Below are positions 43,115-53,494 of a stretch of 64,000 bases of DNA, one piece after another. A program made the position numbers and the translations under genes. This stretch comes from Candidatus Yanofskybacteria bacterium. Lineage in GTDB: Bacteria > Patescibacteriota > Minisyncoccia > 2-02-FULL-40-12 > GWA2-44-9. The notes under the pieces are model-generated. The model saw only the letters and a list, made by a program, of their open reading frames with translations. It had not been told where the DNA came from and searched no databases. Location: NCBI GenBank assembly GCA_003514055.1, contig DOSG01000002.1:13985-77984 (forward strand), given 5' to 3'. Positions within the stretch are counted from its first letter, which is position 1, and each line of letters starts with the position of its first letter.

Positions 43115-44059
43115 TTAGTTGTTCCTAGCTCTTTTGTATTCGTCTATGATCGGGGTTGGCGCGGGAGCTATTCCTAGTGATTCTGCCAAATAAAAACTTG
43201 TCCAAAGACCAAAAATGTAGTTTTCTAACACCTTTTCTAGTAGCGAACTACTAGGAGAGACATTAACAGTAGAATAAGTATACCCTAGTTTGGTTAAAAT
43301 TGCAATGGTGGCCTCGATGCTTTTGGCTATTCTCGGATCGTCTTTCTGGTCCCGAATTATGATGGGATGAATCGAGTTTTGTGAGGCGGCCAGGCCTTCC
43401 AGCTCGTTATGATTTAGCGCTGGAAAGTAATTCCACGCTGCCGGAACTTTAGCATTCTCATTAAATAATGTCTTCCAAAAACCTGCTAGCTTTCTCCATT
43501 TAAACGATGAGTACATCAGAGGAGTTCTCTTGCCAATGCTTTCGGCTATAATCTTAGCTTCTTTTTCTAATCTATCTTGATCTATAGATACGTTGCCGAG
43601 CTCAATGCCTAATATACCTAGAAGAGCTCCCAACTCATAGCCAGCTCCCAGTCTAGCCGGGAAATTATCATCTTCAAGGTCGACGTAGGGGACACCTCTT
43701 TCTTTAGCCATATCTATCATTTTGCCGCCTTTAGATATGACAACCACTGGTAGGCCTCTATCTATCGCCGCGCTTAAGGCGGAGATCGTCTCTTCGGTGT
43801 TGCCCGACCAAGACATGCAGATAACTAAGCTTGATTTATCTATCCAGCCGGGCAAGTCATAGTCTCGGTTAATAAAAACCTTGGGGCGGCTATCCTTATT
43901 CTGCTCTGATGTCAGCATCCAGAGTATCTCTCCAGCAACAATAGACCCGCCAATGCCAGCGATTACGTAGTCGTCATATTCTCGATCTAACTTCTTTTCA
44001 GTTCCTAGCTTGTAGCCAGCTTGTAGCTGATCCGTAAAGCCTCGTATAACCTCTTTCAT
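43115..44059 (-). CDS. SIS-domain bifunctional phosphoglucose/phosphomannose isomerase-like protein
   Basis: GIGGS and SWSGNTEE SIS motifs; archaeal-type PGI/PMI architecture. Confidence 0.7.
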   Translation of the reverse strand: MKEVIRGFTDQLQAGYKLGTEKKLDREYDDYVIAGIGGSIVAGEILWMLTSEQNKDSRPKVFINRDYDLPGWIDKSSLVICMSWSGNTEETISALSAAIDRGLPVVVISKGGKMIDMAKERGVPYVDLEDDNFPARLGAGYELGALLGILGIELGNVSIDQDRLEKEAKIIAESIGKRTPLMYSSFKWRKLAGFWKTLFNENAKVPAAWNYFPALNHNELEGLAASQNSIHPIIIRDQKDDPRIAKSIEATIAILTKLGYTYSTVNVSPSSSLLEKVLENYIFGLWTSFYLAESLGIAPAPTPIIDEYKRARNN

Positions 44060-44090
44060 TTTGATTTTTTGCCTCGGAGGTGGATGTGAG

Positions 44091-44173
44091 TTTTGAGAGG
44101 CCCGCGCAGGCTCGACTGGAGCCGAGCGAGAGGGTGATTTCTCAGTAGAGAAATACAGCCCGTACTCGAGAAA
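44091..44173 (-). repeat. Copy B of the ~80-nt structured repeat family
   Basis: Reverse complement tttctcgagtacgggctgtatttctctactgagaaatcaccctctcgctcggctccagtcgagcctgcgcgggcctctcaaaa. Confidence 0.75.
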
Positions 44174-44191
44174 CTTATAGCCACCGTAGAT

Positions 44192-45982
44192 TTATTTAGA
44201 TGATCTCTTGGTATTAATATACCATTTTTCGACATTAACGAAACGGTCAGATGGCATCGAGATAATTTTGGTTTTAAATCCCTTAATGTCCTTTGCCTGG
44301 CCGTATAGGTAGTCTGGGTTATACAGGAATATCGCGGGGATATCCTCGATGACTATTCTTTGAAAGTCGTCATATTTTTTCATTCTCTCGATTGGATTGA
44401 GAGTCTGGCGTGCTTCTTCTAGTATTGTATCTGCAGTCTTGTTGTCGTATAGGGCTAGATTTAGTCCCTTGTCTTTCTTCTGGGATGAATGCCATAGCGT
44501 AAATGGATCTGGATCTATGCTCAGAATCTCTCCAAAAAGCAAAATCTCGTAAGCCCTTTCTCTTATGGTTTGTTGAAGTGCGGCGATGGGTAGAACTTCG
44601 ATATTCACTTCAAAGCCAATTTTTCCCCACTGCTCTTTAAGGATGTCGGCCGCTTCGGATAATTCGGGCCAGGTTGAGGTGGTTATTTTTATGGTTAATC
44701 TTTTTTCGTTTTTGCCAGTTCCTTTTCTGAGAACGCCTCTCTCGTCCGGGTTAGTCCATCCAGTCTCTTTCAATACCTGCTTAGCCAACTCAGTATCGAA
44801 ATCATATTTCTTAACTTCGTTATTTATATCTATAACGTCGCCCACCAATGGCGAGTTAACTATGCTACCATGCCCGTCCAACACTTTATTTATGATCTCT
44901 TGGCGATCTGTGCCATAAGCCAAAGCTAATCTAATATTTTTATCAGCTAGTACCTCGCTCTGATTGGTGTTCATGAAGGCTCCAAAATATCTTGGCATCT
45001 TAAGCTCCTGCACGTTGAGCCTGTTCCTGAATTTAACCTTATCTAGATTTACGGGAGAGATGTATCCAAGATTCTGGATATCATTTCTATTGTAGGCCTC
45101 AATGAGTTCAATCTCTGAGGCATAGAAATTTAATTTTATAGTGTCTATGTGGGCCCTCCCGTCGTAATAGTTCTCATTAGCGGAAAGTTCGTAGGAGGTT
45201 ATTGTGCCTGTGTTATCTTTCTTTAACTTATTGAACTTATACGGTCCGGAGCCGATTGGCTTGAGATTGAGTTCGGATAGAGAGAAATTTATCGGCTTTA
45301 CTTCTTGCCAGACATGCTTCGGCAATATATTTAGAGTCAAATTATTCAAAAATTGGGCATACTTATCGTTTAATTTTAATATTAGAGTCAATTCGTCGAC
45401 TTTTTCGACGGTGACGCCAGTCCAGTTGGCTTTCTGAAGGCTGCCATAGTCCGAGCTCTGAGCGGTTTCAATAGTAAACAAAACATCATCTGCCGTTAGC
45501 GCTACGCCGTCGTGCCACTTTATGCCCGGTTTAAGATAGACGGTATATTTTAGGCCATCACTAGATATGTCGTATGACTTTGCTAGGTCGGGGACTAACT
45601 TACCCTCTTCGTTATATTTTAGAAGTCCCGAGTATATTAAGCTTACTAGATCTCGATCGGCGTCATTGGCTTGAGATAGAAGTGGATTTATGTGGCGTGG
45701 CTCTCCGACGATACCTTCAACAAAAGAGCCTCCATAATCTGGAGTCTCTTGGGTGTAGTGTCTGTAAGCGGTAACCGGAATAGATAATAATGAGCCTAAT
45801 ATAATTACCAAAAAACTGAAGATGATATATCTTTCTTTGGTGGATAATATTTTAGAAAGAAGTCTAGCCTTTTCTTCTAGGCTTTTGAAAAAGCGCTTTT
45901 TTGGTTTTATAGCTGGTAGCTTGTTGCTATCTTCGGGCTTGTAACCAAAAAAATCATCCAATTGGTTTTCGCTTTTAAGCAT
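44192..45982 (-). CDS. ABC-transporter substrate-binding protein, family 5 (OppA/DppA-like), N-terminal TM anchor
   Basis: SBP_bac_5 pattern (KWHDG...TADDV); 596 aa. Confidence 0.8.
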   Translation of the reverse strand: MLKSENQLDDFFGYKPEDSNKLPAIKPKKRFFKSLEEKARLLSKILSTKERYIIFSFLVIILGSLLSIPVTAYRHYTQETPDYGGSFVEGIVGEPRHINPLLSQANDADRDLVSLIYSGLLKYNEEGKLVPDLAKSYDISSDGLKYTVYLKPGIKWHDGVALTADDVLFTIETAQSSDYGSLQKANWTGVTVEKVDELTLILKLNDKYAQFLNNLTLNILPKHVWQEVKPINFSLSELNLKPIGSGPYKFNKLKKDNTGTITSYELSANENYYDGRAHIDTIKLNFYASEIELIEAYNRNDIQNLGYISPVNLDKVKFRNRLNVQELKMPRYFGAFMNTNQSEVLADKNIRLALAYGTDRQEIINKVLDGHGSIVNSPLVGDVIDINNEVKKYDFDTELAKQVLKETGWTNPDERGVLRKGTGKNEKRLTIKITTSTWPELSEAADILKEQWGKIGFEVNIEVLPIAALQQTIRERAYEILLFGEILSIDPDPFTLWHSSQKKDKGLNLALYDNKTADTILEEARQTLNPIERMKKYDDFQRIVIEDIPAIFLYNPDYLYGQAKDIKGFKTKIISMPSDRFVNVEKWYINTKRSSK

Positions 45983-45992
45983 TGTCTTTAGA

Positions 45993-46211
45993 TTAACGAG
46001 TGAATAATCCCCAGATAGAAGTAGCTAGGAATAAGACGGTAATGACGATTGTGAAATAGAATATGGTTTTCTCGGCTCCGCGCTTTGTTGAATATTCCAT
46101 TGATGAGCCACCTAGCGCCGAAGAAAGTCCACTGCCTCTTTGCTGAAGCAGGATTGAGATTGTTAGAAGCACGGCTAGAACTATTTGTACGTAGGGTAAG
46201 TATTTGATCAT
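45993..46211 (-). CDS. secG: Preprotein translocase subunit SecG
   Basis: LLQQRGSGLSSALGGS, 2 TM, 72 aa. Confidence 0.8.
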   Translation of the reverse strand: MIKYLPYVQIVLAVLLTISILLQQRGSGLSSALGGSSMEYSTKRGAEKTIFYFTIVITVLFLATSIWGLFTR

Positions 46212-46231
46212 TTTTATTATTTTTTTGTGTA

Positions 46232-46585
46232 CTAGTCTATTGTTTTCGTGAAAGTCGCCACTACCATGTTTACTAGGCTTACTATGAGCGTTGCCCAGAC
46301 CAAAGTAGTCAGGTTGTTAATTGCGACTGATACGAAGGCGTAATCGACTAACCACAGCATTAATGCATTAATTACGATTATAAATAAGCCTAGAGTGATG
46401 ATTATTATTGGCGACAAAACTAATTTGAGCGCCGGACGGACTATCATATTAAGTAGTCCCAGGGCTACTCCAGCCAATAGATATTCTTTAATCCCGCCAG
46501 TTATAATAAAAGCTGGCGATAGGAAGTATGTCGCCACATAAAGTGCAGCGGAATTGCCCAAGATTCTGATTAGAAAACCTAGCAT
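46232..46585 (-). CDS. Phage-holin-4-like (YvlD/PF04020-type) membrane protein
   Basis: 4 TM; NMIVRPALKLVLSPIIIITLGLFIIVINALML matches the family core. Confidence 0.6.
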   Translation of the reverse strand: MLGFLIRILGNSAALYVATYFLSPAFIITGGIKEYLLAGVALGLLNMIVRPALKLVLSPIIIITLGLFIIVINALMLWLVDYAFVSVAINNLTTLVWATLIVSLVNMVVATFTKTID

Positions 46586-47049
46586 ATGTTAACTTATTTG
46601 CGATTTAAATGATATCATACGGGTCAAAAATATCAATGGCAATGATCGCTTGGATAATCACTTGTTCGACATGTCAGAATTTCCCAGCGAGAAATTCTGA
46701 CTAATTTCCTCGGCTCGCTCGTCCTTCTCCGGCAGTCGCCGGATTAGGACACCTGCCCGCTCGCCTCCGGATTGTCTCACAAGTGACTATCCTCGCTATT
46801 TTAGGTAGATGCGAAGCCTTAGTCATTTTGTGCAAGTTTTAATCTGTGCAAGCGAAAGCTCAAGTCTACAGCGAGAACTCGCGCAGGCGTTTCGGCTATA
46901 ACATATTTGATATAGCCCCGAAGGGGCGATAAGAAAACGGATCTTCGAAATGCCGAGCGTGTAGATAGTCGAGCTCGCAGGAAGCGAGAACTATCGGTTG
47001 AGTCGTGGGCTTGGGCTGGAGCGACTTGACTATCGGTGCAAAGAAATGA

Positions 47050-48306
47050 TTAAGGCGTAGTCATATTTCTGTGGAGTTTGCGGTAGTAGCTGATGGCGAA
47101 GCGGTGAGCTTCGGCGTCGACATTGAGAACTATGTTTCTGACGTCAGCTGGAAGCTTATCCAATTTGATAGGCAACTTGCGTCCGCGTATGTATATGTGA
47201 CTGCCGACGTGTTTCTCATTTTTCGTCAGAGACAATAGCGCAATATCTTTTGGCACTATGCTCGAGGCTATATTCAATTGTCCCTTGCCGCCATCTATTA
47301 TCACTAGGTTGGGCTTTGCCCATTCTGAATGCCTGAAACGCCTAGTCAAAATCTCTTTAAGCATGCGAGTATCGTCTGAGACATTTGAATCTCTAATTTT
47401 AAATTTTCGGTAACCACTTTTATCTGCTAACCCATTCTTAAATGTGACCATTGACCCAACGGCGTTGATGCCCTGAATATTAGATATGTCGTAACCCTCT
47501 ATTCTGACGGCGCTAGTTAGTCCGAAAAATTTCGCAATAGTCTCTAATTTTGAATTATGATCTTCGTCATTAATTCTTTTATCGATTATTTGCGAGTTTC
47601 TGAATATTTTTTTAATTGCATCAAGCTTATCTCTGATCTTGATGGCTTCGTCGAATCTTTCTTTCTTGCCTAAGATAATCATTTTTTTCTTTAAGCTTGT
47701 CACGATATTATTTCTCTTTCTCGCTAAAATCTTCTTAATGATGTATATATTCTTGTCGTAATTCTTGATTTCATCTTTGGTAGCTTCACGTTTTTTTAGA
47801 CAGCAAAAACCAGAACAATTACCAATATGATAGTTGAGACAATAGTTATTGTGAAGTTGTTTACAGGTACAGTAGAGGAATGCTCTTCGAAGTTGCTTCA
47901 ATGTGGTTTTGAGTGCCGTGCTATCGGTGAATGGCCCGATGTCTTGGATGCTCATCGGCTGACGAACAATCGTTATTCTTGGAAATTGATCATCGGAAAA
48001 TTGGACATATGAGTATTGTTTGTCATCTCGTAAAACTATATTGAACTTTGGACGCAGCTTCTTTATCAGCTGGGCTTCCAAAATCAGAGCTTCAATATCG
48101 GAATCGGTGTTTTGAAAGTTTATGATGGTAGCTGCCTGGATCATGGTCGTTATTCTAGTATCCGTGGGTCGGGAATAGCTCTTGAGCCTATTCTTTATAT
48201 TATTGGCCTTACCTACGTACAAAATTGCATCTTTATTTCTAAATATGTATATTCCTGACCCATTTGGGGCTTTTGCTATGATATTTTTGAGTTTTCCGGC
48301 TATCAT
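47050..48306 (-). CDS. uvrC: UvrC-like excinuclease, short form (GIY-YIG, Cys4, UVR and RNase-H-like domains; no C-terminal HhH2)
   Basis: N-terminus GIYIFRNKDAILYVGKANNIKNRLKSY; Cys cluster; ends ...DAEAHRFAISYYRKLHR. Confidence 0.85.
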   Translation of the reverse strand: MIAGKLKNIIAKAPNGSGIYIFRNKDAILYVGKANNIKNRLKSYSRPTDTRITTMIQAATIINFQNTDSDIEALILEAQLIKKLRPKFNIVLRDDKQYSYVQFSDDQFPRITIVRQPMSIQDIGPFTDSTALKTTLKQLRRAFLYCTCKQLHNNYCLNYHIGNCSGFCCLKKREATKDEIKNYDKNIYIIKKILARKRNNIVTSLKKKMIILGKKERFDEAIKIRDKLDAIKKIFRNSQIIDKRINDEDHNSKLETIAKFFGLTSAVRIEGYDISNIQGINAVGSMVTFKNGLADKSGYRKFKIRDSNVSDDTRMLKEILTRRFRHSEWAKPNLVIIDGGKGQLNIASSIVPKDIALLSLTKNEKHVGSHIYIRGRKLPIKLDKLPADVRNIVLNVDAEAHRFAISYYRKLHRNMTTP

Positions 48307-48336
48307 TTGGACCTAAGTATACCCTAAAATACACTA

Positions 48337-48366
48337 TTGACAAACGGGGTATAAGTGTGCTATAAT
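48337..48366 (+). promoter_or_regulatory. Consensus sigma70 promoter (TTGACA, 18-nt spacer, TATAAT) facing the GC-rich cassette
   Basis: ttgacaaacggggtataagtgtgctataat read directly; followed by 5'UTR hairpin tggagcc-gtt-ggctcca. Confidence 0.55.
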
Positions 48367-48440
48367 GGGCATACAGTACGGTACAATTTGATTCAGCATC
48401 GTAAACTCGAAATGGAGCCGTTGGCTCCAAGAGGACGAAG

Positions 48441-48833
48441 ATGGCAATCAGGAATGAGCTTCGGGTGGCGTTTGACGCATTGCGGGAGCGGATCATCCGC
48501 GACAAGACCAAGCGTCTGCCGGATCTGAGCGCGGCCATCGAGGCGGCGTTCGAGGTTGGCGACGACGAAGAGGTCGATCGTATGATGGGCCTCCGCGAGA
48601 GGCTCGAAGCGACGATCGAGATCGATGAGCTGGAACTGCGCCTTCTCGGCAACGAGATCGGCCAGCCGTTCCGGCAAAACGACGTCGTCGACGTACGCAT
48701 CATCTCGTGGGGCCTGGGCGGCAAAGGCCAGGCCGAGGTGAAGATCGCGGCTCGCGACGGGAAAACCGTCGTTCGCCACATGCATCTCATCAATGGGCGT
48801 GATCGCTACGGCAACCGCTATGCGACATTCTAG
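48441..48833 (+). CDS. Hypothetical 130-aa protein in a >60% GC island
   Basis: Strong GC3 periodicity in this frame; gagga RBS; no family recognised. Confidence 0.55.
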   Translation: MAIRNELRVAFDALRERIIRDKTKRLPDLSAAIEAAFEVGDDEEVDRMMGLRERLEATIEIDELELRLLGNEIGQPFRQNDVVDVRIISWGLGGKGQAEVKIAARDGKTVVRHMHLINGRDRYGNRYATF

Positions 48834-48845
48834 GAGGAGGAAATC

Positions 48846-49058
48846 ATGACGCAGGTACTCGGCAAGACTCCGGCGGGCAAGTTGAAGGTTCTCGTCGACG
48901 GACGTGAGTGCGAAGGCTGCCCCGGCAGCCTGATCGCCACCCACGAGCCGGGCATTTTCACCAGAGAGGGCGAGTTCATCGCTCTGCCGGTGGTGAGCGA
49001 CGTCGAGACGCATCAGCTCGCGGTGCCCACGGTCGACGGCCAGTTCCTCTTCTTGTAG
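48846..49058 (+). CDS. Hypothetical 70-aa protein in the GC-rich island
   Basis: aggaggagg Shine-Dalgarno 7 nt upstream; GC3-rich frame. Confidence 0.5.
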   Translation: MTQVLGKTPAGKLKVLVDGRECEGCPGSLIATHEPGIFTREGEFIALPVVSDVETHQLAVPTVDGQFLFL

Positions 49059-49272
49059 GGACCAGCTCTCGGCGACGGCGCCAGGACGGGTCGGAGGCAA
49101 AGTCTCGACCAACTAACGGCAATCGCCGCCGTCCCGTCCACTCCAACAACAAAAATAGACTGCGCGATGTGCGCAATCAGGAGCGTCGAATGCCAGGTTG
49201 AACGCCACGGTGATGGGTTCCGGAAAAAACCCTCGGGTCAAAGCAGGCATGACCTTGGAACAGAACCTGTAA

Positions 49273-49297
49273 GCGGCACGCGAGTGCCGCTTTTTTT
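49273..49297 (+). terminator. Rho-independent terminator closing the GC-rich cassette
   Basis: gcggcac-gcga-gtgccgc followed by ttttttt. Confidence 0.8.
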
Positions 49298-49461
49298 CAT
49301 GCTTTAAAACTGCGCTTCGCCCCATCCATTTTTTCATCTTGTCCTCGACTACGCCAAGTCTAATCGATAGAGAAACAATGATGCAGGCGAGGACACGATG
49401 AAAAGATACTATTGATGGCGCCGCCATTGTTTTTTACTCGCTATCTGATTACCATGTCTGT

Positions 49462-50451
49462 ATGGATTATTTGCGGGATTCAATTCTTGCGACATTGGCC
49501 TATTACGACATCTTAGACATGTCGCTGACTCATCTTGAGGTTTATAAATTTCTCATTAACCCAGCGAGAGTTTATAGAAGCTCAGAAGAAATAAAAGACG
49601 CTTCACTGCATGACGTTATAGCCATGCTAGCCAAAATGGTTAAGTCGGAAACGATTGGCCAAAAAAATGGTTTCTATTTTTTACCGAGAAAGGATGAGCT
49701 ATACGACTTAAGAATAGCTAGGGAGAAAATTGCTACTCAGAAATGGAAAAAGATGATGAGCTTGGCTAAGTGGTTTGCGATTGTGCCATATTTGCGCGGG
49801 CTGTTCGCTAGTGGCTCAATGGCGGTGGGTAATGTAAATGAGAAAAGTGATTTTGATATTCTAGTTATCTCTAAGTCTGGGCGTCTATACACGGCTAGAC
49901 TGTTTTTGTATTTAGTCGCTTCGCTCATGCGCTCAAGGAGGGGCCGGTACGACAAGATAGCGCCGAATAAATTTTGTCTTAATCATCACATAATCGATAC
50001 AAAGCTTAGGTTAGAGCATGAAAGCCTATTTAATGCTCAGACCTACGCTAGTCTCAAGCCAATATTAATAGAGCAAGACTTGTTCAATAGTTTTTATTCT
50101 GCGAATAACTGGATAAACAAATTCGTGTGCAACTTTAAGCCGAATAGTGACTTCGTTGAGAGACGCTTGGTGCCGAATAAATTCTTAGGCGTGGTGGCGA
50201 AGGCGATGGAATCTTTACTGAATAATCGACTCGGAGATCTCATAGAGAAGATTTTAAGAAATTATCAGCAACGTCGAATTAGGAATAATCCAGTTACTTA
50301 CGCGACTAAGGGTAGGATCATCTTTAATGACGTGGAATTGGAATTTCATCCATATTCCTTCGAGGCTTCAGTCGTTCGTGATTATAATGATAAGGTTCAT
50401 AGGCTTGGCCTATTGCCACCATTTGAGGAGAGGGATTCTGGCCTAAAATAA
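49462..50451 (+). CDS. Polymerase-beta-superfamily nucleotidyltransferase-domain protein
   Basis: hG[GS]x9-13Dh[DE]h motif: GSMAVGNVNEKSDFDILVI. Confidence 0.6.
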   Translation: MDYLRDSILATLAYYDILDMSLTHLEVYKFLINPARVYRSSEEIKDASLHDVIAMLAKMVKSETIGQKNGFYFLPRKDELYDLRIAREKIATQKWKKMMSLAKWFAIVPYLRGLFASGSMAVGNVNEKSDFDILVISKSGRLYTARLFLYLVASLMRSRRGRYDKIAPNKFCLNHHIIDTKLRLEHESLFNAQTYASLKPILIEQDLFNSFYSANNWINKFVCNFKPNSDFVERRLVPNKFLGVVAKAMESLLNNRLGDLIEKILRNYQQRRIRNNPVTYATKGRIIFNDVELEFHPYSFEASVVRDYNDKVHRLGLLPPFEERDSGLK

Positions 50452-50566
50452 TCTTGACTTAAAAAAATCTACGACTATAATTAGCACTTAAGATATAAGA
50501 GTGCTAATTTTATTCGTAATCAATAGGATTAATTGGTTACGGGTTTGGTTGGCATATAAAATAAAC

Positions 50567-50860
50567 ATGTTAAAACCGCTATCTGATCACGTGGTACTGG
50601 AGCCAATCCGAGAAGAAAAAAAGAAAGGAGGGATAATCTTACCCGATACTTTAGATAAAGAAAGATCTGAGAAGGGCAAAGTGATTTCCGTGGGTCCTGG
50701 CAAATACGATCCGGCAGTTGCCGGAGGCAAAAGGATGCCTCTGCAGGTAAAGAAGGGCGATGTAGTTCTATTCACCAAGTATGGCCCGAACGAAGTTAAG
50801 ATGGATGGTAAAGAATATCTAATCGTCAAGGAAGACGATATCTTGGCAATAATAGACTAA
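50567..50860 (+). CDS. groES: Co-chaperonin GroES
   Basis: LKPLSDHVVLEP...; start set at MLKP. Confidence 0.93.
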   Translation: MLKPLSDHVVLEPIREEKKKGGIILPDTLDKERSEKGKVISVGPGKYDPAVAGGKRMPLQVKKGDVVLFTKYGPNEVKMDGKEYLIVKEDDILAIID

Positions 50861-50896
50861 TTAAAACCTAAACTTAAAAACGATCAGTAATGTGCA

Positions 50897-52636
<1,740 letters not shown>

Positions 52637-52676
52637 TCATTTTTTAAAGTCACGAGAAAGGGCATAGGTATGGGTT

Positions 52677-52798
52677 TTTCGAGTACGGGCTGTATTTCTC
52701 TACTGGGAAATCACCCTCTCCCTACAGAGACTTGGAGGATGGGCTAAAGCACCATCCCTCCGAGGCGGCGCCGTCGAGCCTGCGCGGGCCTCTCGAAA
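52677..52798 (+). repeat. Copy D of the repeat family, carrying a nested 45-nt hairpin insertion, inside the stem-loop of the groEL terminator
   Basis: tttcgagtacgggctgtatttctctactgggaaatcaccctctcc[ctacagagacttggaggatgggctaaagcaccatccctccgagg]cggcgccgtcgagcctgcgcgggcctctcgaaa; flanks gggcatagg...cctatgccc-ttttt. Confidence 0.75.
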
Positions 52799-52932
52799 CT
52801 CACGCCTATGCCCTTTTTGTTTGGCTGCAATAACCATGGCTGTCTTTTCGGCCTCAAAGACAGCCATGGTTATTGATTGACCGGAGCGACTTAATGTTCT
52901 AGAATTTAGGTAACAATTTAAATACAAATACT

Positions 52933-53484
52933 ATGTTTATGTGGATTAGCTTGGGAATCTTGGTCGTGTTGGTTCTCTACGTTGTTGGAGTCTTTAATGG
53001 CCTAGTATCAGCCAGGAATAGAGTTAAGGAAGCTTGGTCAGACATTGACGTTCAATTAAAGCGCAGATATGATCTAATCCCTAATTTAGTAGAGACTGTT
53101 AAGGGATATGCTTCTCATGAGCAAGGTACTCTAGATGCTGTGATAAATGCCAGATCAAAAGCTATGGGCGCCCAATCTGTGACCGACAAGGCTGAAGCCG
53201 AGAATGTCCTCACCGGAACTCTAAAAAGTTTATTTGCTTTATCGGAAAATTATCCTCAGCTAAGAGCAGTTGAGAGCTTCACTAAATTGCAAGATGAGCT
53301 ATCTGATACCGAAAACAAAATCCAGGCCGCAAGAAGATTCTATAATGGCAATGTTTTAGTATTAAATAACAAGATCGAACAATTTCCTACTAATGTATTC
53401 GCTTCGATGTTCGGATTTGTTAAGGAGAAATTCTTCGAATTGGCCGACGCGAAAGAGAAAGAGCCCGTTAAGGTTGCTTTCTAG
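52933..53484 (+). CDS. lemA: LemA family protein
   Basis: N-terminal TM; LemA core RYDLIPNLVETVKGYASHE. Confidence 0.85.
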   Translation: MFMWISLGILVVLVLYVVGVFNGLVSARNRVKEAWSDIDVQLKRRYDLIPNLVETVKGYASHEQGTLDAVINARSKAMGAQSVTDKAEAENVLTGTLKSLFALSENYPQLRAVESFTKLQDELSDTENKIQAARRFYNGNVLVLNNKIEQFPTNVFASMFGFVKEKFFELADAKEKEPVKVAF

Positions 53485-53494
53485 CATCGTGCGC

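Noticed and set aside
46586-47049. tmRNA (ssrA), RNase P RNA or SRP RNA identity for the GC-rich non-coding block
   Set aside because: I could not find the universal P4 sequence, a T-arm plus acceptor with a tag reading frame, or a convincing SRP domain-IV motif. It is left as an unassigned candidate ncRNA.
48239-49427. Several long ORFs on the minus strand and in alternative + frames within the GC-rich island (48239-48793 -, 48393-49112 -, 48908-49201 +, 48976-49176 -, 49113-49427 -)
   Set aside because: High GC suppresses stop codons. Only the two + strand frames chosen show GC3 periodicity together with Shine-Dalgarno sites, promoter orientation and a downstream terminator.
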